Positions 14,353 through 28,375 of a stretch of 64,000 bases of DNA are shown one piece after another (position 1 is the stretch's first letter; every line of letters starts with the position of its first letter). The notes under the pieces are model-generated. The model was not told the origin of the DNA. It saw only the letters and a list, made by a program, of their open reading frames with translations, and made no database searches. Both the position numbers and the translations under genes were made by a program. This stretch comes from Trichoplax adhaerens (taxonomy: Eukaryota; Animalia; Placozoa), in assembly GCF_000150275.1 (NCBI RefSeq), contig NW_002060958.1:628272-692271 (forward strand), read 5' to 3'.

Positions 14353-15453
14353 ATGGACAATTTTAGCCTATATTCTGTGTTTCTTGAGATTGACTCGATA
14401 CGTCCGATAGCATGGTCTATCGCTCTAATTGGGTTACCGTTAAATCTATTTCTTATCAGTTATACAGTATGGGAATCACTTATTTATAAATTCTCAGCAA
14501 GAAAGAAAGAATATCATCGTCATTCAATGGTTGCTGTTAAGAATCCCTCCGTGTGGCTATTACTTAACTTACTTTTTTGCGATCTTGTAGGTTCTATTTA
14601 TATGTTTATACTCGTCATATCGGACTCTTATTACACCAGCTACTATCGACACATCTATGGCTCAAGCGCTAATTTTTCTCTAATAAAGAATGTATGGTCA
14701 GTTAGCACGACGTGCGGCGTAGCACATTCTCTAGTAGCCATAAATTTATTGATGGCAGCAACAATTACTTTATGTATCGGGATCGATCGCTTTATGTTAA
14801 GTGTCTATCCGCGTAGCAATTGGAGATTGACTATAAAAAGAGCTAAAATTATAACTACGATATTATGGATATTAGGAGTTGCCGCAACTGTAGGAAATGC
14901 CATCTTCGATTTCTCTTATTATCATCTTAGATCCGCGTACTATTTTGAGTTTTATCGTAATTTATGTGTTGGCGAATATTATTTGAACTCAAATCATACG
15001 ATAAGGGCATTTAGCGTGTTAGGTTACGTTATTCTCGCTTATTCTATAACAACCGTCTTATATGCGATAATAATATATAAACTAAGAAAGTCAAGATTAA
15101 CATTTAGATCTCAATTATCGTCTACTTTTGAAAGACGATTTCAGGTAATGCTTATTCTCATTACCTCTACAAATATATTTGCTTTTTATTTTATTTCGAC
15201 TGCTGGAGCTATTAGTTACCTAAATGGAACACCCACCCAAATATCTAAATTTCAGAAAATAATTGGTATACTTCCTCATTCTAATGCAGCTCTTGATCCA
15301 ATAATTTACTTAATCTTTCGATTTCAAGATATTAGAATTCGGCTACATTGTCAATCTCCGATATTAAATTGCCTCCATCGTAAAGTTGAACCTACGACTC
15401 CTAGAGAAATAAAATCTAGCCCACATGAAAATATCGTAATTACAGAGATTTAG
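14353..15453 (+). CDS. Single-exon GPCR with LGR/RXFP/GRL101-type 7TM domain and no LRR ectodomain
   Basis: 366 aa. TM2 NLLFCDLVGSIYMFILVISDSYY, ECL1 WSVSTTC, IGIDRF, ECL2 YRNLC and TM7 LPHSNAALDPIIY align by eye with the LGR 7TM at 45573-46659. In-frame TAA four codons upstream of the ATG (taa gac gac ttt atg). Confidence 0.9.
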   Translation: MDNFSLYSVFLEIDSIRPIAWSIALIGLPLNLFLISYTVWESLIYKFSARKKEYHRHSMVAVKNPSVWLLLNLLFCDLVGSIYMFILVISDSYYTSYYRHIYGSSANFSLIKNVWSVSTTCGVAHSLVAINLLMAATITLCIGIDRFMLSVYPRSNWRLTIKRAKIITTILWILGVAATVGNAIFDFSYYHLRSAYYFEFYRNLCVGEYYLNSNHTIRAFSVLGYVILAYSITTVLYAIIIYKLRKSRLTFRSQLSSTFERRFQVMLILITSTNIFAFYFISTAGAISYLNGTPTQISKFQKIIGILPHSNAALDPIIYLIFRFQDIRIRLHCQSPILNCLHRKVEPTTPREIKSSPHENIVITEI

Positions 15454-16588
15454 CAGTGCTAACGCTTCCAATGTACTGCCCTGCTGCGTTATTTATTCAC
15501 GTGTATTCATCATTACGTGATTAATAAAACATAGATTATTTCTTGTAATGAAATTATTATTAGCATGCTTAGATATTTCGAAAGTAAGCTGAATTACACA
15601 ATTTCAACAAGTTTACTATAATAAATTCAGATATAACTTAATAATAATATATAATTGGATTCGAGTAAGCTTAAGGTTACAGTTTAAAACCCATGTGTAT
15701 TAAGTAAGAGTAGTATTAGGTTTATACGGCTATCTTGTTGATATTAGGTTTGTAGATTAAACTTAATAAGCGATGTTACGTTTTAAAAAGTCTTCTACTT
15801 TCTAACGAGGAAGATTTACTAGAAATCCCTAGACGAGTCCAGTAGAGCTAGAGTATTGAACTAAACAAATAGTTATTGTGTTATTTTGAAATATCGTTAA
15901 TTTTGTAATAATTATTCTTTATATTTAGTCATGTATACTTTAAATTAAATCTTGCGCGAAATTAAGCATCGATATCATATATTTGCCTGTTATAGTAAAT
16001 TCAAACTAGAGAATAGTAATAATAACCAATATATTTTATTCTTCTCTACAGCTATAACTCACAATAAAAATTAGAAAAACTGAATAGAGATTTAAGTCTG
16101 CTTTATTACAATTTATGAAATTGTAGGCTCGTGATAAGCTAGTCTAAAATAACAAAATAGTACAACACGCGAATTTATTTTTAAGCTCCTATTAAGATTC
16201 TATCAAACGACTGACTTATATATCCTCGATATTTACCTCGAGCTTCAGTATATACTCCGACTCAACGTAGGAATAGACTGCAAATTAGTAGCATTAACAC
16301 AGATTAAATAAGTATCAAGTTAAAATTTTAAAACATTTAAGTGTATGGCGCAAATTTTATACAAGTTAGAAAAGTAGCAGTCCAGCGAAGTAGATTTGCG
16401 TGACATTGTAAAAGACGACAAACTGGATCACGCTATAAGTAAATTATAGCTTATAAGGAAGGAAAATTAATATGTGTCTAAAAGAACTAGTACGATACGC
16501 TCTCTATCTCATTGTCACAGTCATCAAAATAACTTAGATATGGAATTGTAGTTTATGGTAACATTTTGTTTTGATCTTTTTAGAAGTA

Positions 16589-16765
16589 CTAGTACAAACT
16601 CCCGTCGCTTTGCTGACGGTTTACGATAATGTGCTCATTTAACAGATAGTTTTACCATTTGATAGACCTGTCAGAGGGTTCAGTAACTTTATACTGTGTA
16701 CTGTATGCTGTACAAATGTACGGTACAGCACCACAATACTGTACAGTACTTTTACTACAGTACTG
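16589..16765 (-). mobile_element. Helitron-like 3' terminal fragment
   Basis: Minus strand reads CCGTC-agcaaagc-GACGG hairpin, 9 nt, then CTAG followed by T, the canonical Helitron 3' end. CAGTA/TACTG-rich interior. Near-identical to 44477-44590. Confidence 0.7.
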
Positions 16766-17047
16766 TATTGCACTATTGATGGTCAGCAGTAAAATAGTAT
16801 CAAAAATAATAATTTGATTACGTGTAAAATAAGGCAAAATGTTGCTTTGCGGATTGTAGCTGTGAAGGCTACGGAGAGTGTAAAAGCAAGCGATATTAGA
16901 TTATCTGATTGCTCATTCTAAAAGTCTTGCAGTAGTTGTATTCGGCTAGAATAAGGTGTGACAAAATCCAATTACGAAAATTCAGAATTTATAGAAAATT
17001 AGAACTTTATTAGATCTAATACAAAAACTAGCTACACACAGCTCTAC
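16765..17047. mobile_element. Rearranged fragment of repeat family R2
   Basis: ~16765-16955 is the reverse complement of the R2 interior including the small-ORF region. 16957-17047 is the R2 left end in forward orientation. Confidence 0.7.
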
Positions 17048-20000
17048 AAATAGGTTATAATTTTTTCTCCCGTAATTAATCGTTTCTTTCCGTATATGAA
17101 ATGTTGATTGATCTTAAAATTCTCTACGTATAGGTTTACACTTGATCAGCTCTAATAATTAAGTCATGTGATATCACAAGCTAGGAATAGCCCTAACTTG
17201 CTGCAAAGGATTGAAAGAGTAATTTGCATCCTATAGCGCTGCTATTCGAAACACCAGACAACTGGTATTCGAAGATAGATACCCTACGGTATAACCCGCG
17301 AGACCTTCAAAACTTACTAGAAAATCACAATCTAATTTATTGTCGGCGAACTCTTCGTTTACATAGGTTTCAGTACCTAATACTGGTTTAACTACACAAG
17401 TCGCCTTGTCTATTAGAAATTAACCAAATTAATTAATCTAAAGAGATTTTATCTGTACGGGTTAGATACAGCCTTATCCTATTAAATTTACTGTAACAGT
17501 ATTAAGATAATCATTGCTTATTAATAGCTTAACAGATACAAATAAAGTTATCCCAATATGACATTTCCTCTAAACTTAGGAATTGTCCTTTGAACCTTAA
17601 CAACTTTGAAGGTGATAGATACAGTCCAGTTTAGCTGGTTGGCAATTACTATTTTAGTCTATCTGATCCTCAATTAAGGATATCAACTATGAACCGCTGA
17701 AATTACAATTAAGGAAATCGTAAAACGTTTCTGAGATATAAACACATACAGAAAGTAACATAGAAATAAAGTATACTTCACGAAGATTACTTTCGTGGCA
17801 TGTAGCCATTGATTTAATGACATATCTTAATTTTAGGTACCGTAAATTTCTTTAAAGATATATATATTTGCGTAATTAAAGTTCGTTTTTATAGCATTAA
17901 TGCTTAGGAATAGATGTTCGCCTGCATCTATTATATTATGATGTGTTACAAATTTACTTAGGGTCCCTTATGGTACTATGGCTAAAGCTATCACAGAAAT
18001 CTATAGTCTCATAATTGGTTTGATGAATACTTTTTGCTATGTCTAACGCTGCCGATTTCACTAGTTCTTAACCGTCTTTAATTTACTGACCTAACCGTTT
18101 AAGTTCGCATTTTAGATAGATGCCCGCTGTTACATACTCCCATTTACGTGTTCAAAGAAATCTGCAGTCTTGTAGTTGGTTTAACAAACGCTCCACTTTA
18201 TTGCAAGTATAATGCTGCAGACTTAACTAGTTCTTAACTTTCGTAAATTAACAACTGATTTAACTTTCTAAATCTACTCTTCTAGTATCTATTAGTTCGT
18301 AAGGAACGATGTTCTGAGTATTCCTATACAGCAGTGTTGGGCTGAATCTGGCTAAATGACTGTATCCTACTATACTTTGTGTTTTAGCTACTGTCCCTTT
18401 ATACCGATATACTGCGTCATTACATACAAAAAATTATAACGTGCACCCATAGGGCTACTATAACCAATTTGAATTTACGTTTCGATAAAATATTTTGATC
18501 CGACAATTACATTTAGTATTCTTCATGTTGTAATGCTTGTAGCATAAATTGACCCGAGACACCACTTAATTATGCACGTTGATATATTTAAGTATGGCTA
18601 ATATACTGAGATACAAAGAGGACATGAAAGGAAGTCATGTTTTAGAAGCAGAAAATTCTATTTTGTTTAACTAAACAATCTTAGAGAAGTTTTTGTCTTT
18701 TTATTGGAAATTATCGTGTAAGTAGCCGTTCAAGAAATCGTTAGGAGAATGTACTTATCATAGATATGCGCTGTTACGAATTCGATTCATATACTAAATC
18801 ATTTACCCATCAATAAATATTAAATCTATTAAAGTAGATATGCCATCGACGATAAAAGTATTGTAATTTGCATCAATGAGTTCTCTCTTCATTACCGATG
18901 TTTTACCTTTTCGCAAAATCCTATTACTAGAATATTAGCATTCTTAGAACTGAAATTTTATTAACAGTAAAATTCTCTCAAATTTTATGGTTTTAGGTGG
19001 TGTTATATTAATCACGATTGATACAATACAGTGTATTATACGAATTTGAAGATATTACTTGGAAGATAACTATAGTAACGTGACGTGAGAGCCACGAGGG
19101 GCAATTAAACGTAATTGATTAAATAAATAACATCTGGCTTCTAAAAACGACTTTAAGATCTTAACAAAAACAATCACAGGTATATTTAATAATACGTGAG
19201 ATAATCGAAACTGACAATTTAGGATAGCACTGTAATCGAAGTTTTTATCAACTTTTTGAGCCAGTACTCGTCGTTTTAGGCTACCATTTCTATTGGCTAT
19301 CGCTTATGTTAACTTAGCAAAAATCTGTACGCTATAAGCATGAATACCGTAAACTACCGGAAGGTAATGACCATGCCGTTCCTATATTTAAATAATGATT
19401 TTTGTTTCATGAATAACGAAATTTTACCCGGTAAAATTTACAGTCATATGTACAAGTTTAATACACATTCTAATATGAGTGGCCTTTCATTTATTTTTTA
19501 AAATCGTTACGTAGTTATACAAATTTTGTAACTCTAAGTTTTTAAGTAAAAAATATTTTACGACTTTTCGATCTTTGGCGCTTTTATTCCACCAATCTAT
19601 CATAATTCAATTAGAGCTTAGTTCAGCTACAAATTATTTGACGGTCATATACTTTCAAGATCGAAGGAGTAATTCTTAAAAGTGCGAATTATACGATTAG
19701 CTACATGACATGTTTATGTGCATTATTTGTGTCAGTTGACTATAATGGATATATTTTGTCCTATTATTTCTAATGCGTGTTTAATTACTACCCAAACTAA
19801 TGTTGATAGCTCAGCAACTAACTGAAAATTTCTGTTATAGGTCTGTAGCGATAGCAGTCACTCATCGGAATAAATTTATTTAACTATTTACACTGTATAT
19901 TAGCACTTAGCTATTTTAATTACACTACTACACTAGCTAAATTTGGATAAAATATATTTTCATAAAAATCGCAATTTCAGAAACTACAAGATTTCTTTTG

Positions 20001-20693
20001 ATTACTTTTCCTTTAGATAGCGTTGTAAACCTTGGCTACATTACCCTGCAATTAATTGGCTTTCCCTGGGTTCGTTGTATATTAATCAGATCTCGGATAG
20101 CGGCGGATAAATCTTTCATTCAAGTACTTTAAGGCAAGATAGCGAGCCGGTAAGTGAAAATTTTTGCCTTAATGATGTAGATCATTGACTGATAAGATAA
20201 AAATATTGTTATTTATGCTCCAAGTTCTAATTTGACTCGGAAATGCCTGATAAGCTCTAAGATAATCAAAAGATTTTTATTCCCTACCTTTTTCTCATAC
20301 GGTACCTTCCACTTTCATGGACGATAGTTTGAAAACATTTCATTCCGTAAAAATGAATAAAGCAACTTAAACTCTTTCAGCAATAGGCGTTTTTACCGTA
20401 ATTTTCAATAACAAAGAGGAAAACATAATTGGCTTATGGCAAATTATATCATAACCACTACTTCACATAACTTTTACTTTCAACAATAATATTCGTTACT
20501 ACGGTTTGATAAAGATTGAGAATTAGTATTATAGACTGAAGATGATTCTTATTGAAGTAGAGTCTTTATAATTTTTTACCATTGCTTAAATCAGTACTGA
20601 ATCCAAATACGTATCATTTACGACAAGTCATGCATCATAATGCTGATATAAATTAGAGACGACACATTCGGTATTCAGTATTAATGATACTGG

Positions 20694-21332
20694 TGTTACA
20701 AAACAACTTTGCAACAAGATAACGTAATGCACGATCAATCAGTCGATTCCCTGAATCACGTATCAGGAAGCCGTATCTACTCTTTCAGGAACACTTTTCC
20801 TATACTAGTAGACTACAAAAAGACTTCGATGCCTCGTATCTTACGTTAAACACTAATCATAAGAGCTAACTTAATCATACGATTTATCGCATTTATTTAC
20901 TCTTTTACAATAGCAAAGACACCCTAGTTAGCAATATTACCGTTGAAAGCTGATAAAGAATCAAAAGCTAATTTTATCTACCGCTATCTAATAAAGACAA
21001 CAGTATTTACGAACATAGATATCGAATGACTAATATAAAATTGTCAGATTACAATATGTCCTCTCACAAAACATTTCTACGATAATCCACAATCTATCAT
21101 AAATAAGTTTCAATCACAAGGATTTGAATTGTAAGAATATTATTCTCAATTTCCTAATTAAACTTCTAATTTCAATAGGTTGTATATATCGCTATAAAAG
21201 CTAGTGTTATATTTAAATATCACATATCTAAATAAAAAACTCTTTATATAAGGGTAAATCAACAAAATTATCCTAACGTACAGTAGATGTTTCTACTATG
21301 ATCTCGATATTACAGTGTATTACACTGTAACA
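20694..21332 (-). mobile_element. Solo LTR, family R1
   Basis: TGTTACA...TGTAACA termini, flanks ACTGG/ACAGG (5-bp TSD, one mismatch). Highly similar to 44031-44707, 47254-47880 and 63825-64000. Confidence 0.85.
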
Positions 21333-22274
21333 ACAGGGTTACCCAATACGATTTCATCGTACTACAATCATTGTAACGAATGAAATGGTTACTAGCTGAA
21401 CGGAAATGACGAAAACAATATTTGTCATAAGAATCTTGTTTATTCACTGATTGATGGGTACTTTATAGATAATTTACACGCTTAATTTATTTTTTCTGTA
21501 AGATAGCTTTACTGTAAAGTTTGTTACGAAAAATATTATTGAAATTTCCCGGTAAGCTCTGATTAGAGAATTAAGTTATATTTTATCAGATTTAATAAAA
21601 TTAAAATAGAAGTATAGTAAATTAGATATCAAAGTAATGGCAGTATCTACAAAAATAACAGATTTATTTTGATATTAGCCTTATGGCATATTTGATGTTG
21701 TAAGATAACAGTTTATCAGTTGCATAATGTATTCTTATGGTCAAATGTTCTATCATTTTCGTCAGGGCTGCTAAGGGTTACCTGCTATCGTAAATTTGGT
21801 GCCACTGTTTCTTAAAAATCTCTATTATATAAAGAATGAACTATTGTGCACTATTGCAATATTGTGCACTAAGCATTATTATTATTTATTGAAAATTTAT
21901 CACATCCTAATCATAAATGATGCTCCAATTTTATATAATTCCGTTAGTAGAGGCTATAATGTTGAAGTAATTGATTTTAACAGCTGTTGTATCACTTTTG
22001 ATATTCTTATGAGTGTTAAACACTTTTCGTAACATAACAGAATACTAAAGTTAACTTACAAACTTACTAGATTTATGGTCATATAAACCTTTATGCGGAG
22101 GCAATCTCAGGTTACTCGTAGATAGTCTCTGTGGATACCGTACGTAAATTTTAAGATTATCGGATTGAATATTTCTAATTCCATTACTTTCCTTACGTCC
22201 TTTTAGGTTATTTTACTATCAGTTCGATTGCTGACGAGCTTTCAAAAAATAAGTTTCGATTACCTTTATAAAAT

Positions 22275-23219
22275 ATGAACTTATCGAGTCAGGAGTTTAA
22301 TAATCGAACAGAAGTTTCAAGTTCTGTTACATATTTAGTGGCTGCTATTATATCAATTGCAGCGCTCATAACAAATTTATTCTGTATTGCCTTTATTTTG
22401 GCGAAGAGTCAGCTAAGAACACCGACTAATGCTATTCTCTGCAGCAGTTGTGCATCTGTATTGCTTATGGTATTGCTAATTTTCTTTAATACGGCTGCTT
22501 CGATCAGTATCGAAAAAAATGAAATACGGGAGATTATTAATTGCATATCTGGTCAACCATGCGAACTGACATGTGTTGGTATCTTTAACATTCATACTTG
22601 CTTAATAAGTTTAGAAAGACTTTACTCGATAGTCTATCCATTTAAATACCAACGTCTCGCTACTTGCTATAATATCATGATCTTACTAATTCTTTGTTGG
22701 ATTATCCCAATTTGTAGCATACTTGTACCTTTTATAGTAAATATTTCTGTTCATGGTAGTAAATGCAGTGGTTGGTACGATTTAGAAGGAGTTTCTCATC
22801 ATATAGATTTCATTTTATTGCCGATTGTAGTTTTCTTACCTTTAGTGATTACTCTCCTGAGTTACTCGGTTATTATTCAAAGAATTTGTTCATTACAGCA
22901 TAAAACTTGCTTAGAAACAACGGCAAATTATGAACTATGTTATTTATCTCCATACAAATTAATACTTTTACACAGGAAAGCAATTCTTCAAATGGTATTG
23001 ATTATAAGTATTTACATGATTGCCTTTATTCCATTTTATGTCTTACATACGCTCATGGTTGTCTCTTTGCAACCTGATCTTGTTTTACCGACGTACGTTG
23101 CTACACAGTTTTGCATTACGTATATGATATTTCATCCCGTACTTGCAATTGCATTTAGATCTGCAATTAAGGTCGAGTTTTTAAAGATGTGGAAGAATAT
23201 TTATTGCCAATGGAAGTAA
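22275..23219 (+). CDS. Single-exon class A GPCR, aminergic-like, paralogue 2
   Basis: 314 aa, 7 TM. LRTPTN, PCELTCVGIFNIH, ERLYSIVYPFKYQR, AFIPF, HPVLA. Clear paralogue of 6347-7417. Confidence 0.95.
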   Translation: MNLSSQEFNNRTEVSSSVTYLVAAIISIAALITNLFCIAFILAKSQLRTPTNAILCSSCASVLLMVLLIFFNTAASISIEKNEIREIINCISGQPCELTCVGIFNIHTCLISLERLYSIVYPFKYQRLATCYNIMILLILCWIIPICSILVPFIVNISVHGSKCSGWYDLEGVSHHIDFILLPIVVFLPLVITLLSYSVIIQRICSLQHKTCLETTANYELCYLSPYKLILLHRKAILQMVLIISIYMIAFIPFYVLHTLMVVSLQPDLVLPTYVATQFCITYMIFHPVLAIAFRSAIKVEFLKMWKNIYCQWK

Positions 23220-26200
23220 TGCTGAACGAAAAAAATATGAGAAATATGCTCATCTAGTTCTAATCTACTATAACTGTTTTCTGTTGGAGTTTGAGCTCGT
23301 AAGCTCATATAGTACATGATATGTTGAACATTATTATTTTAATTGAACTAGTCATTATCGCTAGATATGACATTGTTGGCAGCATAATTTATTCGAGAAA
23401 CTTATCACCCGTATTTGTCCTTCCTATAAATTATCCCTTTAATAGTGTTCAATGATGCTAAATGCGATACAAAATTTATATATTTAGCATAAGTAAGAAT
23501 AAAATATTATCTTTTAATTTTAACGATTAAGTAGATAGAAATAATATATTGCGCTTATCGTAAATACGCTTGTCTAACATATTATAAATGAGTAAAGTAT
23601 AGTTCCTTTTCTGACCCTTTGGATCGGAAGTGTTGTGTAAGCCCGCACATTTATATGACAAAAGAAAGACATTGCTTATTGTCAATTGCTGATCGATCTT
23701 TTAAATGGATCAAATTCGATATACATGTATATAGCTTCTGTAACTAAACTAAAAAAAGTAAGTGATATAATAGCATAAATTTTGTAATGGCCAAGAAGAT
23801 ATTTGTGATCAGAAATTCCCATTTAGATTAGCAGTTATCAAATGTGTTAAGTTTTATGAACATGCATTCGATATTGGCTGGTGTTATGATCTAAAGCAAG
23901 ATTACGGGTGATTGACAGATAGATAGATCTACAGATTGTACGGATAATATGGAAGAGAATACCCTCACCGACAGTCTAGTATGACGCTTAAAGGATATAC
24001 AGAAGTGGAAATCAACAATATTTCAGATATTATTATAGACGTAGCTTTATGTTGAGTTGGTCAGTTTTAGACCGGTTCTTTAAGTGAACTTCCCTAAAAA
24101 TTTGATTACCGTCATTTATTATATAATAAAGCTATTGATAATTAAAAGAAACTTCTAAAATTTGACGAAATCTAATGTGTAAAACTATTTGTAGATAATT
24201 CAAGAATTGATCTAAATTATACTGTTGTAAATCTCAAAGAGAATAAAGGCCTTCGTCACAATGATCGTATTCATTAGTGAATTAATGCTGTATTTCGATT
24301 GAAGTGGTCAGATTCATCTTATGTTTAGGAAGGATCGAGCTCGTAAAGAGTGTCTTGCAGTTTTGTTAAATAATTCAAAAGATGATTCCCTTGCTGATTT
24401 TCAATGAAATTGCTGGATATGCTGCTACTTTTCGTGAAATCTAAAATTGAACATTATTTCTTAAAGTTGCAAATATATAATAAGCATAGAATGAATTTAT
24501 TGTTTGGAGTAAAATTTGGCATTCTGCAGTCTCATTCTAAGAGTTCCTGGAAGTTTCTACTAAAAGATAAACTGCTTCGCTACGATGTCTAGGGTAATAC
24601 TGAATCACGAAGAAAGTTTGATTGCATAGCTGTGATTTATATAAAAAAATATAGCGAACATAATCAAGCTACCGAAAAGGATTCTTATCATTTCTATTAC
24701 AGGGAAGGTATCGAATCAAAAACTAGCGAAATTTATTAGCCTTTATGTAAAATATTTATTTAACATTTAGTGTAGATAGGCTGAATTCACTTGCATTAGA
24801 ATGCAATCGCTACATAATAGAGAAAATAGAACAGTTAAAATTGTTAATTAATGTTACAAGAGATGAGCATTTAGGTTCATGTATTCCAGCTAGTTTACTT
24901 AAAACTTTGCCTGTTAAAAAATTGCTAGAAAAAAGATTATTAAGCTAAAATATTACAATATTAAAAAAGCTCAATATATGAAAGCTTATATATAGGAGAA
25001 AGAATTAGGTTAATCACAATATCTGGCTTCAATTGAATTTCTTTAGGAGAATTAGTATAACTTCGGTTACATTAAAAAGTAGCGAAGAAAGAAATTGTTT
25101 CTCCAGGTATTCGGTCTTGTACTTATAGGTAAAATGATTAAAACCATATACTAATGGAAATATAGAATAAATTACTGATGCTTTTTCATTACTATAAAAA
25201 TGATATTTCTGTATTACTTCTAAATTAATTAATTTAATTAAGTACGAAAAATACCATACGAAATCGTAATTTCAAATAAGATATTACAAGACCGTTCGTA
25301 TTATTCTATATAACAGTTTTTTCACTCTATGGCGCCTGCTAAATAACTTACGGTAAATTTATCAGTCTCTAGTTGCTATAATTTAATATAATACAGATAG
25401 TTAAATATGCCAGCAATTAATTGGAGTTGAATTTACCTTAAAATTTTTTAGAGTTGTAAGTATGAGTCTGTTCGATTAGAGAAGTGGTTGCAGTTCATCG
25501 CAACTTCTATACTAAGAGATCTATTAAAATTAAAGTCAGTTTAACTGTAGTTCAAGTTGCACTTTTAATCTGACAAGGTCTTATTGGGAAGTTAAATTAA
25601 AGAGTAACACGGAATTTATCTATTGTAGACTTGAATAAGATAATTGTCCTCCAAATACCGAGCAAAGTACAATAAAGGATCATGATACTTAGAATGCCGA
25701 TTAAGCTTTCGAACTTTGTTAATTAAAGAACTGTGAAGGGTGAAAGTAAAGTGCTAATTCTAGAATATTGTACGCTGTAACAGTTATAGTACTCATAGGA
25801 TGATTTAAACCGCTATACTGTCATGAATTTATTGCAATTTGAGGGTAATTTTTCTTCAGAAAGCTTTATTAGGCTGAGCAAAATCTGTCATCTGTAAATA
25901 ATCCTAGTCAAAACCTATCTTAATGGAATATGCATCCTCATAATTAGAGTTAATAGCATGCTTGAAAAGTGTAGATAACGGGTTATGAAGTGAATTAAAA
26001 AAATTTAATATTATTCTATTATACATCTGCAAAGCTTATAATGTTCTATTATTTAGGCGAAAAAGATAAAACTAAGACAAAACACATAGATGAATTGATA
26101 AAGAAAATTCTGAAACAATAGATTTGTTACAGTAGAAACAATTAAGATCCACCATGAGATAGTTAAAAAATCACTTTCAATCAATATTATTAAATAAAAT

Positions 26201-28375
26201 GCTTTTGGGTTTCTTTACTGATGATACCTTGTCAGCCATTGAAGCCTACAAAATTACTACCAAATTGATTTTAGATTTTAAGGAATCTATTTCAAAATTA
26301 GTTCAGCATTTGCTCCGTATGTCCTTGTACTAGGTATGTCTTCTGATTTATTATTATGATCATGGCTGTTCACACTAAGTCTGTTTACGATTAGAATATT
26401 TAGCGAATTATTTTATGAATACCTCAACCTAGCGTTAAAATTGTTTGATCTTACGCTGGCAAACCGATAGTATCCTTTAATGTAAATGATATTTTTACTG
26501 TTTCAATCGAACTGCCTGTGCAATAATACTCATTTAATTAACTGCCTTAAACCAAATTATTTACCGTAAGTGTTGATTAATTCAAATTAGGAAATAGAGT
26601 ATTGCAAGGCGATTTCGTTATTCAACTCTTGATTGGTATGATTTTTCTAAAGCTTTTACTAAATTTGTGAATCTTATAACATGCTGATCTTAGATAACTT
26701 TGACGTCGTGTAAATTCTAAAATCATCTCTTAATTTACATAAAAGCAACCAGATTTAAGGAGGGATAACTATAATTAGACGAAATATATATTGATTGCAA
26801 CATTTACCTCTTTGAAATGATGGCTAAAGCACTAGCTGGTCAAAAAATTTTTCGATTATTATTGCATTAATTTGCATCAATATTAGGTGTCATTTTAGAC
26901 TATAGAAGAGTACATCATTCAAATAGTATCACTTTTATTACGATACAAATTCGCTTATAAAAGAAATCTGCTACTGTAGATATCTATTTAATTGAAATGG
27001 CGTTCAACGTTAGCTTTCAGGTTTAGATAGATTCACTGCTGCTTATTATAAAATAAGATTATTTTTTCCTATTGGTGATGATTTCCGTATCTTTTTCCAC
27101 TGTATTTTGGTGCAGCTGTCTAGTTTGATATAATTAATTAAAGTATGGAAGAAGATCTCATTACTATATTAAAATGAAACAGGTTTAAAATTGTACTACA
27201 GATTGCCGAAGTTGTCGTTAAGATTTCAACCTCGGAGTAAATAACATGATAAATATTAAAGGTAAACTTAAGGTCAAACTCAAAATTAAACAATCTTTGA
27301 GTCTATAGTAATTCTTTTTTGTTAATTTGAAACTGCTTCTCCTGCTTTAAGTAAAGTCTCATAGTCTTATCAAAACCAAATGTCACATTAGAATATTTTG
27401 TGCAGCAATTAAATGTAAACAAAAATTAAATTTAACGTAAACTCATCGAAAATGCCTCCAAATTTTTACGTTATAAGATTTATAATCCAAGATCAACAAT
27501 AACTTTTACTAAATTTTAGTTTTTTTTATTCTTTAAATTCAAGTACTGTTGGTAAAGTGGTATTGCGATCAAGAAAAATAAATTTCCATTATTTTGTAGG
27601 TGGTCATCGATCATATTATAGATCATTAATCGATTACTTTAGTCTAAAAGTTTGCTGAAATTTTAAAATGCACAAGCTAGAAAATGATTTCATTATTTGA
27701 GTTGTGATAATCTTAACTTTTACTGTTGTGACAGTTATCTTTAATAAAACATAGAAATTATTTGGGATTAAGTCGCACGTACTGTATACTGTTCATTCCA
27801 TATTTTTTACAATACCGGTATCGATGTAAAGTATTTATCATTTTATTGATAAGCTTTACTAATGGCTTTAGTCTGCATAATGATTACTCATATGTTTCGA
27901 ATGATTTTCATTTACGATACTTAATATCACTGTTATAATCGAATGATGACTGCTTAGAGCCTTTAAGTTTGTGTTAATTTGTAATTTCTGAGTAATTTTA
28001 TTTACTACTTATTTAACTCTAGTAAACAATTTATATATGTTAATTTCACAATTCGAATTTAGATTTGCTGTTGGTTAGCAGAAGCTATAGCGATAACTCG
28101 AGATGTAATATACTCCATCCTCCTTTTGGAATTTTTGGTTACCGATTGTAGTTATTTAAAAGCAATGCATGTACATCAGCTGGCCCTTAAAAGAATCGTT
28201 TCATAGATATTTCATGTAGATAAATTTCGATATATATTAGATGACTCAAGCTTCTTTACGTCGCTTTTTAGATTATTTCGATAATCATCAAGTAAAATCT
28301 TCGGTAATATACTAAAAGTAATTGATTTGAAGAAGATCTCGTTCATATCTTAACTGCTTATAAGTTCAATAGACT

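Noticed and set aside
23980-26200. Stretch that reads like a decayed plus-strand coding region
   Set aside because: Many stops and no identifiable family; needs BLASTX before calling a pseudogene.
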